Below are positions 52,531-64,000 of a DNA stretch of 64,000 bases, piece after piece. The stretch covers positions 21,209 through 85,208 of the IMG/VR virus record IMGVR_UViG_3300035438_001058; one strand, 5' to 3'. Both the position numbers and the translations under genes were made by a program. Every line of letters begins with the position of its first letter. The stretch's first letter is position 1. Under the pieces are notes generated by a model. The model was given only the letters and a program-made list of their open reading frames with translations. It ran no database searches and was not told the origin of the DNA. The DNA is from a virus.

Positions 52531-52971
52531 ATGACTATACAGATACAGAGACCACCGATTTCAAATTCAAAATCTACCATTTCTAAATTGTTTATTAATG
52601 GAGAATACTTTTGTGATACTATAGAAGACAGAGACAGAAACCTAAAAAGTTCAGATACTCTAGGCTACATTAAAAATGTAAAAGTAAAACACGAAACAGC
52701 TATACCTTACGGAACTTACCAGCTGGTAATGTCGTACTCTCAAAGGTTTGAAAAATATTTACCAGAGCTTTTAAATGTTCCTGGATTTGATGGTATTAGA
52801 ATACACCCTGGTAACACAGAATTAGACTCCAGTGGTTGTATTTTACCAGGAGTTAAAGACACGGATAAAGTAGTAAACTCAAGATTAACAATGCAGAAGC
52901 TACAAACTAAGATTAATTCTGTAATAAAGAAAGAAAAGATATTTGTAGTAATAACAACTTCTACTATTTAA
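52531..52971 (+). CDS. DUF5675-like putative endolysin
   Basis: TAIPYGTY, GIRIHPGN, SSGCILPG. Confidence 0.75.
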   Translation: MTIQIQRPPISNSKSTISKLFINGEYFCDTIEDRDRNLKSSDTLGYIKNVKVKHETAIPYGTYQLVMSYSQRFEKYLPELLNVPGFDGIRIHPGNTELDSSGCILPGVKDTDKVVNSRLTMQKLQTKINSVIKKEKIFVVITTSTI

Positions 52972-53018
52972 TTACATATATAACCCCAGTATTTTTAAAT
53001 ATTTAGTATCTTTATACC

Positions 53019-53702
53019 ATGACTTTAGGAACCCATGTTTACGCATTGCGCAACCTTTTAAGCAAGGGCCCATCCACGGATGATAGCTCTTTTTCGCTCA
53101 GGTTAATAGCGCATTATTTAAATGTAGCGCGTGCTTTATTGACTGAACAAAAAGCAGATAAGTACACGTACATTTCAGAACAATCATTTCAATCTTTATG
53201 TATCCCGCTAACTTCAGGAACTTTCCACGGATGCTGCAGTGTTACAGATATAGATTGTAAAATATTTAAGAGTGTCTCTCCTATTCCAAAATTTTTAAAT
53301 ACTAGGTGGGGAGATTTTGTAAAAGTAATGACTCTTTTAGGAGAGACTATTTCTAAAGGCTCTATGACTATGAATAAGTACGCAGCTTATACTGTGACAA
53401 ATTCTACTCCCAAAACAGCCTGGTTTATAAATGATAATCATTTATATATAATTAACAACAAGAATCTAGAACTTGTAATGTTAAATTCATTGTTTTCAGA
53501 TCCAATTGAAGTTACTAGTTTAAACTGCGCCCCAGGCACTACTGGTACTGGAGTATGCGGTGACTGGTTAGATGCTGAATATCCTATAGATCCAGACTTA
53601 GTTTCTCCAGCATACAATATGGTGTTACAATTTTTCAGAACTTCTATGAGTTTACCACCAAATGATACCAGTAATGATGCCACAGACAACCAAACAGCTT
53701 AA
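53019..53702 (+). CDS. Tail ring/tubular-type protein
   Basis: Synteny; D.EYPI and P.D.SNDA C-terminal pattern. Confidence 0.6.
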   Translation: MTLGTHVYALRNLLSKGPSTDDSSFSLRLIAHYLNVARALLTEQKADKYTYISEQSFQSLCIPLTSGTFHGCCSVTDIDCKIFKSVSPIPKFLNTRWGDFVKVMTLLGETISKGSMTMNKYAAYTVTNSTPKTAWFINDNHLYIINNKNLELVMLNSLFSDPIEVTSLNCAPGTTGTGVCGDWLDAEYPIDPDLVSPAYNMVLQFFRTSMSLPPNDTSNDATDNQTA

Positions 53703-54138
53703 AACGTACATAGACTTATACGCGAACTATGAACATAAAGATAAAGTGTCTAAAGAAGAGTTTAGATTAATACTAAAATATTTTCATAACCTTTTACGTA
53801 AAAGCATGATTTATGATGGGAAGCTTTATACCTTACCTTTTCACTTAGGGGAAGTAGGAGTATTCTCTAGAAAACCCACAAAATGAAAGATATTCAACTT
53901 TCAACATTACAAAGAGACTGGTCAAAAAATTCCTAGACTTAACTTACATTCACAAGAGTTAACTGCTTCCGTAAAGAGACGTGTTAAAGGCTCGTTTTTA
54001 GGTTTAGGAATGTACCAGCCGATACTGCACGCTTTTAAATTTGAAACTTGCAGAGCCTTTAATAGGGAACTTTCAAAAGCTATAAGCAAAGAAAACACAA
54101 TAGGAAGATACACAGAATATGAATTACGTAAGCATTAA
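53662..54138 (+). CDS. IHF-like protein, TGA=Trp at 53884
   Basis: LPFHLGEV...K(W)K..NFQHYKETG...FKFETCRAFNRELSKAI; TAA at 54136. Confidence 0.65.
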
Positions 54139-54832
54139 ATCAGTTTTAGCACAACTAGCTCTTTTAATAGATGATAGGTACTGAAACGAAACTGCTGTGC
54201 TAGAGCACGCAACCAGGGCAATGCGCACTTTGAATTTAGAAGATAAATTCGAACCAAAAGTAGCCATTGTAGAAATAACCACACATAAAGGACAAATACC
54301 ACTTGATTTTAAATTCTTAACTCAGGCAGCGTATAATGCGGGAACATCAACTAACCCTGTATGGAGTCCTTTAAGATTAACAACAAACCCATTTCACACA
54401 TCTATTTGTTTAACAGATTCTATAACAAGGTGCGATAATTGTGGTCAAGAGTTTTCAATCTCTCCATCAGGGGTCTTAACTACAACATTATCTTCAGGAA
54501 ATATTTTGCTTTCATACTTAGCGTACCCGCACGATGAAGAAGGGTTCGCATTAATACCAGATAACGAAGACGTTAAAGAAGCAATACTACACTTCGTGCT
54601 TTACAAGTATTGGATGCAAAAAGACATGATGAAAGAAGAAGGATCTGAAAGAAGAATGAGATTTCATCTTGATATGTGGAGTGCGTTATCTAAGAAAGCA
54701 TTGTCTTTAAATTTACCAGATATTTCTAAAATGGAAAATCTTAAAAACATCCATAACAAGCTGGTACCACGTTCTAATGCTTTTCAACAATTGTTTCAAT
54801 TTTTAGGAGATAGAGAAAATGTCAAATTCTAA
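54119..54832 (+). CDS. Tail ring/tubular protein, TGA=Trp at 54182
   Basis: MNYVSIKSVL...DRY(W)NE extends the track ORF; DEEGFALIPD. Confidence 0.7.
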
Positions 54833-57800
54833 TAATTTTGAGAAAGGGTTGAACCAAGATGTCCACCCTAAATATCAATTAGACGGCACTTACAGATTCG
54901 CTTTAAATGCCGTGCTTGAAACTCAAGACGGGGAATTTCCAGGTATTACCAATGAGATTGGTAACATAGGAAGTGCTACCAATTACCCAGAAAACAAAAA
55001 AGTAATAGGCCACGTTCAAGCTGATAATGAAGAGATTATATTGTTTCTTTGAGACTCAATTGCGTACGACGCGCAACTAATGCTTGGAGAAGATCATGAA
55101 ATAGGTATATACAATTCTGCTAAAAATTTATATACTACAGTGGCAATTGGAAGATGTCTGAACTTTTCCGATAGATTTCCAATAAGCGCTTTATTTAAAA
55201 TTAGAAATGGTTGCGAAAGAGTTGTTTATTTTACTGATCATTTTAATAAATATAGAGTTTTTAATTTAACAAACACGCAAGACACAGTTGATCCTGACAC
55301 TAAAAAAATCATAAGTTGCCCTATGCTAGATTTTAGTAGGGACTACAAGATACCTAAAATAGAATTAAGGACTGTACAAAAAGGTGGCCCTATTGATATT
55401 GGGGGCAGCTTAGAAGTAGGAACTTATGCGTTTGCTGTCCGTTATTTAGATAAAGAATTAAACCCAACTGATTGGATTTGGATTACTAAAAACATAGCCA
55501 TAGGTTCAGGAGAATACTGGCAAAATACATTTATAAATTATGAATATATGTATGACGGCGGTTCTAACAACGAATTGTCTCCATACTATGTTCCTAAACA
55601 AAATAAAGTTATACAATTAAGCATAGACTCTACTACCTTAGATTTAGATTTTAAGTATATACAGTTTGCTGTAATAAAAAGAACATCAGATGAAGGGGTT
55701 ATATCTGGAGTAGATATTTTAAATCCAACTCCGATATTTATAGATAACGTTCTTACAATGTCTTTTACATATACTGGATTAGACAGTCAGGTACAAGAAG
55801 CTACTTCTATAGATGAGATCTTTTCAGAAAGACAACGCATTGAAAAAGTTAAAGCTCACGTAAATAATAACCAAAAGTTGTTTTTAGCTAATATTGAAAA
55901 TGCAGCTGTAGATTACTCTGCGTTTCAACGAGCGGCTTCTAAAATAAAAGTCCAATGGACTAAAGAGGGTTATAATTTTAACTCTTTAACATCTACACTA
56001 AACGTAAAAAGCCCAGAGTATTATTATGAAAGTTCTAGTTTCATGGAAAGTGAGGTGTACGCTTTAGGTATAGTTTATATACTTAAGGATGGTTCCAAAA
56101 CTCCTGTGTTTCATATTCCAGGAAGAGCTCCAGACAGTATAACTTCTGGGTACAATCCTTACATATCAGCTACAGGTAATTTTACTGGAACTGCTGCCGA
56201 CGGCAAAGCTTGGGACACTGGTGAAATAACTAGTGAAAGTACTGTTTTAGGAGACTTAATAGGAGACGAAAGATGGCGAAATGTATCTACTGCCACAGCA
56301 ATAACTACAGACTTAAGTTATGGGTTTCTTGGTTATCACGAAAGTAATGAAAATACTTATCCACAAATCTCAACTTGTGACAATCATGTAGATGGATATT
56401 GGGGAAGAGATTGGCAAGGTAATTTAATAACACCACAAACAAAGATAAGGCACCATAGAATGCCTGGTCCTGAGTTTCTTCCTACTACTAATGCTGAAGA
56501 TACCGCTGCTAAATTAGGACTTTGGTTTACCAATGTAGAATATCCTTCTGACGATATTGTTGGGCACATATTTGTACACGGTAGTAGAGAAGTAGAACGT
56601 ACTGTTCAACATAGAGGTATGTTGTTGCCACTTATTTTTGATGATGTAGAAGAGGCATCTTCCCCCACATTCAACACTAATTCATTTATTAGCTGTGTGA
56701 AAGAAGGAGGTGCTTTTACAGTATCCCCCTTCGAAAGGTACTACGCTTTTGTTGCCCCTGAAACTTTAATAGGGGATAAGTTTAAAAGTGCCACACATTT
56801 TAAACTGGATTATATAAATATAGGAAAAGTACCCACAGGTTCACAATCTGTAAATTCTCCTTACGGCAGTACTTGGCAAAATAACTGGCCTTCTTTAGAT
56901 AATAACGATACTCCATATGAAGGAGTTTATGACTTGGACACAGCATTATTTCAAGTAGAGAAAATTGTGTCTACTAAAACACACTTAAATTTTAAAATAT
57001 TAGCTCAAACCTATTTACAAAAATCCTACATAGGGCAGATATACGGGCATACGCAGCAACTAGACAATAAAACTATAGCTAATTTTTCTGTTTCTAATAA
57101 TGCTTATATAATAAAATTAGATAGTATTATAGGAAGAGGTACTGCAGGGTTACTCCCAACTCCAGGGTTAGGTGATTTTACACATATTCCAGTTGTCCTA
57201 GGAGGATGTTTATATTCCCCTATTGACGTATTTAATAATTTAAATGCTATTGAATATGTACAAATAGGAAGTACTGTTTTAGATGCTCCAGTTAATTTGA
57301 CCACTAAATATGAATTATTTGCTGGGGATGTTTTTTTAAGTAAAATGAGAGTAGTAGAAACAGATTGGTATGCTAATAACGAGGGAAAGAATTTGCATAT
57401 AGACTCAACAGCTCTTGCCACTGTTTTTCCAGATTCTGATTATAATTTTCAGTTTAGGCACGGAGGGCCGGATAGAGAAAATTCAATATATAACACATAT
57501 CCTTTAGCCCACGATACTTTTTCCGAATATTTATTTCAAAAAATTCGTAAAGTAGACGAAGCTTTAGAAATGTATTCTGAGAATTATAACTATAATAAAT
57601 CTTTTTCTCAGATAGAGCACATATTTAGATATAGATCCTTACCTTTTAATCATGAGATGTGTAAGATGTGTGAAGAACAGTTTCCTTACAGAATTTATTA
57701 TTCTCTAAGTGATAACCAAGAATCTACAGTAGATAAAAATAGAATTATATTAATTTCAAACTACAAAGATTTAGAAGGATCAAAAGGAAGCATAACAGAT

Positions 57801-59123
57801 CTATTCAACAATTTTAATCAAATTTATGCTACTACTCCTTCTACTATATTTCACATACCTACTAACCCGCAAATCATTAAAACGGAAGGAGTAAATACTT
57901 ACTTAGGAACTGGAGAGACGTTATCAATACCAGCCATGCAGTTAAAAGTAACGGATTATTCTTTTGGAGGCCAAGAAGACTTTAAATCTAGAGTAAATAC
58001 CGAGTACGGCACTTTCTATGTGGATTCTATTACAGGCAGGCCTTTGCTCCTAACTAATCAACTAGAGGATTTATCTTTAAACGGGCTTAGAACTTTTTGG
58101 CAGAATAACGGTAAATTGCAATTTTTAAATCAGTTCTGCGATATTACCGGGAAAGTGTTTCCATATCTATCTACCATATCATTAGCAGGCGTTGGTTATT
58201 CTTCTGTTTACGATCCAAGATACAAAAGAATAATTGTTCATAAAAAAGATTACAAATTACTTCCTGTATGGACTAGTAATTTTGTTTATAATCCAACAGA
58301 AACTGACGTAACGGAATGGTCAGAATTACTACAAAACAATACTGTTTGGTTTAACAGTTTTTCATTTTATTTTTATAGCAACGGTGATTTTATAAAAATG
58401 AGTTTTGAAGATGCACAGTATTTTGAAAATTTATCTTTTACTCTGTCATATTCATTCTTGACAAAAAGTTGGGTATCTTTTCACTCATACCTACCGTACT
58501 ATATGTTTAATGGTAGCAGTGATTTCTTTAGTTTAAAACATTTTGAGAGCGATATATTTAGACATAACTCTACAGAGTTTTTAAATTATTACGGAACGGC
58601 CTACCCGCACATAATAGACTTCATAGCGGATAACAGCCCCTTAGAAGTTAAGACTACTGATTACATAAATTATGTAGGAAAGACAAGTGTATTAGATGCT
58701 GAAAAAAAGCAGTGGGTAGAAGTAAAAGACACTTTTAATAAAGTGGTGTTCTATAATAGCAAACAATCCAGTGGTTATAGAACCTTGAGACCAAAAAGTA
58801 GTGTTTTTGAATTTGATATGTTTGATGACGCTGCATTAGTAACTAAAGTAGAAAACCAGTGGAGAATAAACGATCTATGAGATTTATCAATATCTCAGAC
58901 CGAAAGTGTTTGGGATGAGTCGTGGGCAAGTAAACTGTCAAATCCTTTTTCATATATAGACAAAGTGCCTAACAGTGCTAAGATTAGCGCGACTAAAAGT
59001 TTGTTCGAACAAGCTAGATTTAGAGACAATTATTTAGGAGTTAGATTATATTATTACCCCGCACTTAATTATAAAATCACCACTGATTTGGTGACCTCAA
59101 TGACCACAAATAACAACAGATAA
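54819..59123 (+). CDS. Tail stabilisation/muzzle protein, 1434 aa, TGA=Trp at 55050 and 58878
   Basis: NNFEKGLNQD...YRFALNA start, WVSFHSYLP; ends in TAATG overlap with next gene. Confidence 0.8.
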
Positions 59124-62100
59124 TGAAATATAAAAAAATAAAAAGTAAACCCAAAAGATCCTTCGCAAGTGGTGGGGGAATGGATGCGTTTACATCTTTG
59201 TTAGGGGCAGCCGGTCCAGCTTTAACAGCGGTAAATCCAATTATTGGAGGAGCCGCAACAGCACTTCCTGCTCTCATAAACGCATTTCAACAGATGAAGG
59301 ATCGCAGGGAAACTGTTGTTTCGGGAACTCCAGGGAATTACAGGACTGGAGGAACTATGAACAACTATGCTGTAGGTGGTCCTATTTTGCCTATGCAGAC
59401 TCAGTACGACATTTTGCAAATGAAATTAGATGCTGAAAACGATCCGGCTAAAGTGGCGGGAGCAACACCTATTCCAGGATCTGCGCAATTTACAGGCCCT
59501 AATAAAAGCGGGGCTACTCGTGGAGGACAGTTTGCTGCAACTTTCAATCCTATAAATCCAGTAGATCAAGCTCCAGATACGCCTGCACGAACAGCTCTTT
59601 TAAGATCCTACGAAGAAAAATATAATCAAGACAAACAATTAGCGGGGATGCGTGGGTATCAAACTGCCTATGATACTGAGAAAGCACGTGAAAGCGCTCA
59701 AATGGGGTACGATTTAGGGCAGTTACCTGGTGCTCCAAATAACGAAGTTTACGCTGGTAATAAAAGTGCGCAAGATGCCGCAGCTATGGCTACACTTACT
59801 CCAGGAGTAGATACTGGGATTGTTGGAGCATTGGAGGCTCAAATAAAGAGGATCCAAAAAGAAGTAGCTGAATATGATACTAGCATAGCAGCTAACGAGG
59901 CTAAAATAGCTGAATATGAGGCTAGAAACGCAGCTAAAGTATTGCCAACTGCAACTGCTCCAAGAGGATATGATTCCTCAGGCAGACCTGTTTTATCAGT
60001 GGGCAGTAGGGGGCAGGAAGTCGAAAACTTACAAAAGTTTCTAAAAGAAAAAGGATTCTATCAAGACGGTGCTGTAGATAAAATATACGGTAGGAAAACT
60101 GAGGCAGCTGTAAAAGCTTATCAGGAATCTTTAGCTAACCAAGGTAAGAAGATTACAGTAGACGGTATTATAGGAGATCAAACAAGAGCAGCTTTATCTG
60201 AAACTGCTGGTGATCAAACATGGGCAGCTCCAGGAACTCCGCCTCCAGTTAGGAGATCGGAAAACAGAGGTTCTGATGATGTTACAAAACCAGCTAAAGT
60301 TGTTGAGATAACCCAAATCCCTACCAATAAATCTGGTGAGATAACCCAAATCCCTACCAATAAAACTGCTGCACAAATATTAGCTAGTAAACCTAAAGTA
60401 GGAAATTCTTTTGAGGAGAGATTGAGATGGTACCAACAGTTCACGCCAGAGGAAATAGCGACCATAAAAGCGTCCCCACAAGCAAATTCATTTCTACCAG
60501 CTGAAAGAGCTGCGGGAGAAGAAAGGCTTAGAGTAGCTAAAGCTGCGCCAGGCGGTATGCAAAATGTGTACGATATTGGGCAGAATTTAAAAGAGGATCT
60601 TAGATTATTCCCAAATGCCACTAATAATATCGAAGACTACATAAGTCCACTTATGTGGATAGGGTCTGGTGCGCAAGCTTTAACTAGTTTACCTAAAAAC
60701 ATTAGCGAAGGTAATTATGGTCAGGCTGGAATAAACGCCGCAGAACTTTTTGCTGGAAGAGTTGGAGGTCACTACGGTGCTGAGTTGCTGAGTAAAGTAG
60801 TTGGAAAAACGGGAGCACGAGCAGCTCAAGCAGCTCAAGCACCATTAACAAAAGCAGCTACAGTAGCAGAAAGAAGATCTATAGCATCAGCAGCGAAAGC
60901 CCCAGTAACAGCAGCAGAAAGAAGAGCTAAGATAACAGGCGCCAAAGCGCCAGAAAGAGCGGCAACAACAGCAGCAGAAAGAAGAGCTAAAATAGCAGCA
61001 GAAAGAAGAGCTAAAATAACAACTGAATATGAGGCTAGACAAGCAGCAGCTCAAGCGGAGCAAGGACTTTTAACCTCTCTTAATCCTTCCGAACGCGCAA
61101 TTTTGAAAAAAACGCTAGTGGGCGGTGGTGCGGCTATTGGCGGGGCATTGGCGGTTAAAAAAAACATAAACGACAAAAGAGCAGCTCAAGCAGCGGGTAA
61201 AGCTTATGGCGGGCCTATAGGCGAACCTACATACCCGTCTTTAGCTGGTACATACGGTCCACAATCTTCTGAGAGTTTAAGAATTATGCCAAGACCAGTG
61301 CAAACTCCAGACTTTGGACAAAATGCTAGGAATTATGTTAAATCAACAGAAGCTGAGCGTAACGCTTTAATTCAGTCAGGAGCTAATCAACCTAGATTAA
61401 ATACGTTAACAAATAATGCTTTCGGTACACTTGAGCAGGCAAATTTAGATACAGCTTTAGGTAATTACCCAAGAATTACTAATTACGAAAATGGCGGTCA
61501 AATGGGAGATCAGCAGTTATCTAACTCAGCATTTCAAGTTAAAGGTAACCCACAAACTACTGATGGTAACTATTACCCAGAATATAATGCTAATTTAGAT
61601 CATAACGAAGTTGTTAAGAATCAATTTGTATTTTCTGATAAATTGAAACATCCAGCTACTGGGCAAAGTTTTGCTAAAGAAGCTGCCAGTATAGAGGCCG
61701 CTATAGGAAAGGCTCAGAAGACTTTAAAGTCAAATCCTAATGACAAGGCCGCTAAGAACACTGTTAAACTAAACGAACAACGTTCTAAAGCTTTGGCAGC
61801 AACTCAAGAATCTATGGCTAGTTCTATGGGATTAAGAGCTAAAAATCGTAACTTTGCTCCGGGGGGTTATATGGGAGAAGACGATGTTAAACCTAAATTG
61901 CCTCCATTTAATGTTAATAATCCATACCCGTTTTTAACCGGGATTGGAGGGGTAGATGCTGGTATAACTAACCCAAGTACTATCGGATACGCTAATTCTA
62001 CTATTAGAAACCCAATTACCGGAATGCCGTACTATTCAGGATACACTCCACCTATTACACTGCCTCAACAAACTGCAAGTCCAGTTGTTCAACCCACATT

Positions 62101-62962
62101 TGTACAACCCACAGTCGTGCCAGCAAGAAGAGCAGCTCAAAAAAGAGCAGTTGCAAAAAAAGTAGCTGCTCCTGCAGCTCCTGTAGTTCCTGCCGCTCCT
62201 GTCGTTGGTATTTTTGGGGGAGGTTCTGGTACAGTTGGAACGTCTGGTTCTGGAACCGGATCTTTTGCTATCCCTGCCGCTACAACTACAGGTGGAGGGG
62301 GTATATACGGAGGAGGCTCTGGCGGAGGTGGTGCAGCTAGTGCTACATCCGCTCCAATACAGCTACAAGGTGGTCCAGAAGATCAACTTAGAAATAAATT
62401 TACTGCGGGTGACTATATGCAGGCTGCTAAAGTAGCATCAGGTTTTGGGCAGTTAATAGGTGGGCCAGTAACAGATAAACCTAATTATGATACTACCAGA
62501 ATAACTCAAAATGTTATGGATCCTAGAAACGCTTTGAATCAAAATCAAAGGGCATTTAAGGAGGCATTATCTGGTTATGACTCACCCAGCATAAACGCTA
62601 GAAGAGCGTATCAAAACAGTATGTACGCAAATAAAATGGGACAAGATGCAGGCATAATATCTCAATACCAACAAGGAAATCAGCAAGCTAAAACAAATTA
62701 TGAGCAAGCGACTTCTAATCAGCGTAGATATAATGTAGGGCAAACTCTCGCTACTAATGACATGAACCAGAGAAATAAAGACTCGTACAGACAAGCAGTT
62801 GATTCTGCCTTTACTGGGTTGAGTAACTTTGGTATGGGATTGAATGAAAAACAACAAGGTTACGATGTACTTCAAATACTAAAACAACAATATCCAGAAG
62901 TGTACAAAAAAGTATATGGAGCTGCTGATATTACAACTAAAAAGAAAAAGAAAAAGAACTAA
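59123..62962 (+). CDS. Virion cargo/ejection-type protein with peptidoglycan-binding domain
   Basis: LSVGSRGQEVENLQKFL...DKIYGRKTEAAVKAYQ...VDGIIGDQT; repeated xxGG motifs; VFSDKL. Confidence 0.7.
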   Translation: MKYKKIKSKPKRSFASGGGMDAFTSLLGAAGPALTAVNPIIGGAATALPALINAFQQMKDRRETVVSGTPGNYRTGGTMNNYAVGGPILPMQTQYDILQMKLDAENDPAKVAGATPIPGSAQFTGPNKSGATRGGQFAATFNPINPVDQAPDTPARTALLRSYEEKYNQDKQLAGMRGYQTAYDTEKARESAQMGYDLGQLPGAPNNEVYAGNKSAQDAAAMATLTPGVDTGIVGALEAQIKRIQKEVAEYDTSIAANEAKIAEYEARNAAKVLPTATAPRGYDSSGRPVLSVGSRGQEVENLQKFLKEKGFYQDGAVDKIYGRKTEAAVKAYQESLANQGKKITVDGIIGDQTRAALSETAGDQTWAAPGTPPPVRRSENRGSDDVTKPAKVVEITQIPTNKSGEITQIPTNKTAAQILASKPKVGNSFEERLRWYQQFTPEEIATIKASPQANSFLPAERAAGEERLRVAKAAPGGMQNVYDIGQNLKEDLRLFPNATNNIEDYISPLMWIGSGAQALTSLPKNISEGNYGQAGINAAELFAGRVGGHYGAELLSKVVGKTGARAAQAAQAPLTKAATVAERRSIASAAKAPVTAAERRAKITGAKAPERAATTAAERRAKIAAERRAKITTEYEARQAAAQAEQGLLTSLNPSERAILKKTLVGGGAAIGGALAVKKNINDKRAAQAAGKAYGGPIGEPTYPSLAGTYGPQSSESLRIMPRPVQTPDFGQNARNYVKSTEAERNALIQSGANQPRLNTLTNNAFGTLEQANLDTALGNYPRITNYENGGQMGDQQLSNSAFQVKGNPQTTDGNYYPEYNANLDHNEVVKNQFVFSDKLKHPATGQSFAKEAASIEAAIGKAQKTLKSNPNDKAAKNTVKLNEQRSKALAATQESMASSMGLRAKNRNFAPGGYMGEDDVKPKLPPFNVNNPYPFLTGIGGVDAGITNPSTIGYANSTIRNPITGMPYYSGYTPPITLPQQTASPVVQPTFVQPTVVPARRAAQKRAVAKKVAAPAAPVVPAAPVVGIFGGGSGTVGTSGSGTGSFAIPAATTTGGGGIYGGGSGGGGAASATSAPIQLQGGPEDQLRNKFTAGDYMQAAKVASGFGQLIGGPVTDKPNYDTTRITQNVMDPRNALNQNQRAFKEALSGYDSPSINARRAYQNSMYANKMGQDAGIISQYQQGNQQAKTNYEQATSNQRRYNVGQTLATNDMNQRNKDSYRQAVDSAFTGLSNFGMGLNEKQQGYDVLQILKQQYPEVYKKVYGAADITTKKKKKKN

Positions 62963-64000
62963 TGGCCGGACCAGGAAGATATTACACAGGTGACCCTTAT
63001 AAAGGTTCGCTATACACTCCTCCCGTAGATTTCATTTCCAAAGCCTTAGAAGGTGCCCAACAAACATATGACACCAACTTTTTAACCGCAGAAACTTTAA
63101 AAAATAAATACGTTGAGACTCTAGCCCAAGATAGGGCTAGAGCTAACGAAATACAAAAGAGTTTTGAGGATAAAATAAATACTACGGTATCTCAATATGG
63201 TTTTGATTCCGGGGCTGCTAGCAGAGAACTAGTGAAGTTGAAGGGAGAAATGGAAAAGATTTATGGTGCTGGAGGAGAAGCTGGAGCCATGACTAGTAAC
63301 TTAGCAAATGTTACTGATTCTATAAAAAGGGAGCGAGTACGTTTAGCTAAAGGAGAGATAACTCAAGAACAACTTAATGCTTTAGAAGCATCCTACGCAA
63401 AATGAGGAGGAACTAAAATAGATCCGGCTACAGGAACTTATTCGTCTGCGCCAATAACGGATTTAGCTACTTACGTGGACGCTGGTAAATTATTTGAAGA
63501 GGTTTACAATAAAGTAAAACCTAGAACTACAGAGCGCGCTAATAGAACAGGTAGAAAGATAAACGGAAGTTGGGAATACAAAACAGAAAAAACTACTTAC
63601 ATAGACCAGAATGATCTTTACCAAGGCGTGCAATCTAGTATATTAAACAACAAAGAATACCTTAATTATATAAAACAAAGTGCGTCATTCGCAGGACAAG
63701 ACCCACAAGCAGTTCTAAAAGCAATAGAAGATAATTTTAGAAACTCCATCATACCTTCAAGGGCGGGGGTATTAGAAGATAGCAAAAAAATTACTTACGA
63801 AGCTGATTGGAGAGAGCAAGATGATAGGAGGTTTAGCCACAGTTTAGCGTTGATGAGAGAAAAACACTCTTTAGATAATCCTCCTCCATCTATGCTTACT
63901 TCAGAGTTAAGCTTAGCTAAAGCAGGTAATCAGTATTTTAAACCTGTGCAACCCCAAAGGTTAGGGGCTGATGGAAAACCTGTAAGTGCGTTAAGTGGTT
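62962..64000 (+). CDS. Ejection-type protein, partial; TGA=Trp at 63403
   Basis: Frame stays open from 63406 to the window end. Confidence 0.7.

Noticed and set aside
1-64000. Whole-genome code 4 or TAG reassignment
   Set aside because: ATGA/GTGA overlaps show TGA stops in early genes; TAG ends genes normally (1881, 19608, 37895) and was not found inside supported genes.

Overview
64 kb of a lytic Bacteroidota phage with crAss-like (Crassvirales-type) organisation. Two transcription arms diverge from a repeat/promoter region at about 23.7-24.3 kb. The minus arm (23.7 kb to 1) carries early/host-interaction genes, then PolA and an SF2 helicase. The plus arm (24 kb to end) carries GroES/GroEL, tmRNA, a tRNA, TerL, portal, scaffold, major capsid protein, holins, tail/fibre, muzzle and cargo genes. 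Main result: the genome uses two genetic codes. TGA is a stop in the early genes (6.4-22.4 kb, including ATGA/GTGA overlaps), but must be read as Trp at 26 sites in 14 replication and late genes. The window encodes a UCA-anticodon opal suppressor tRNA (27892-27963) beside a compact tmRNA with an unusually long tag. Further layers seen in the sequence: a -1 frameshift signal (A_AAA_AAC plus a 12-bp hairpin) fusing a membrane protein to a start-less Cys-rich domain, a tRNA-shaped RNA with an elongated anticodon arm, a roughly 400-nt structured ORF-free transcript, a T9SS type-B-sorted protein flanked by two putative beta-barrels, and several membrane-anchored peptidoglycan enzymes outside the lysis module. 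All family calls come from motif recognition by eye; no database searches were run.
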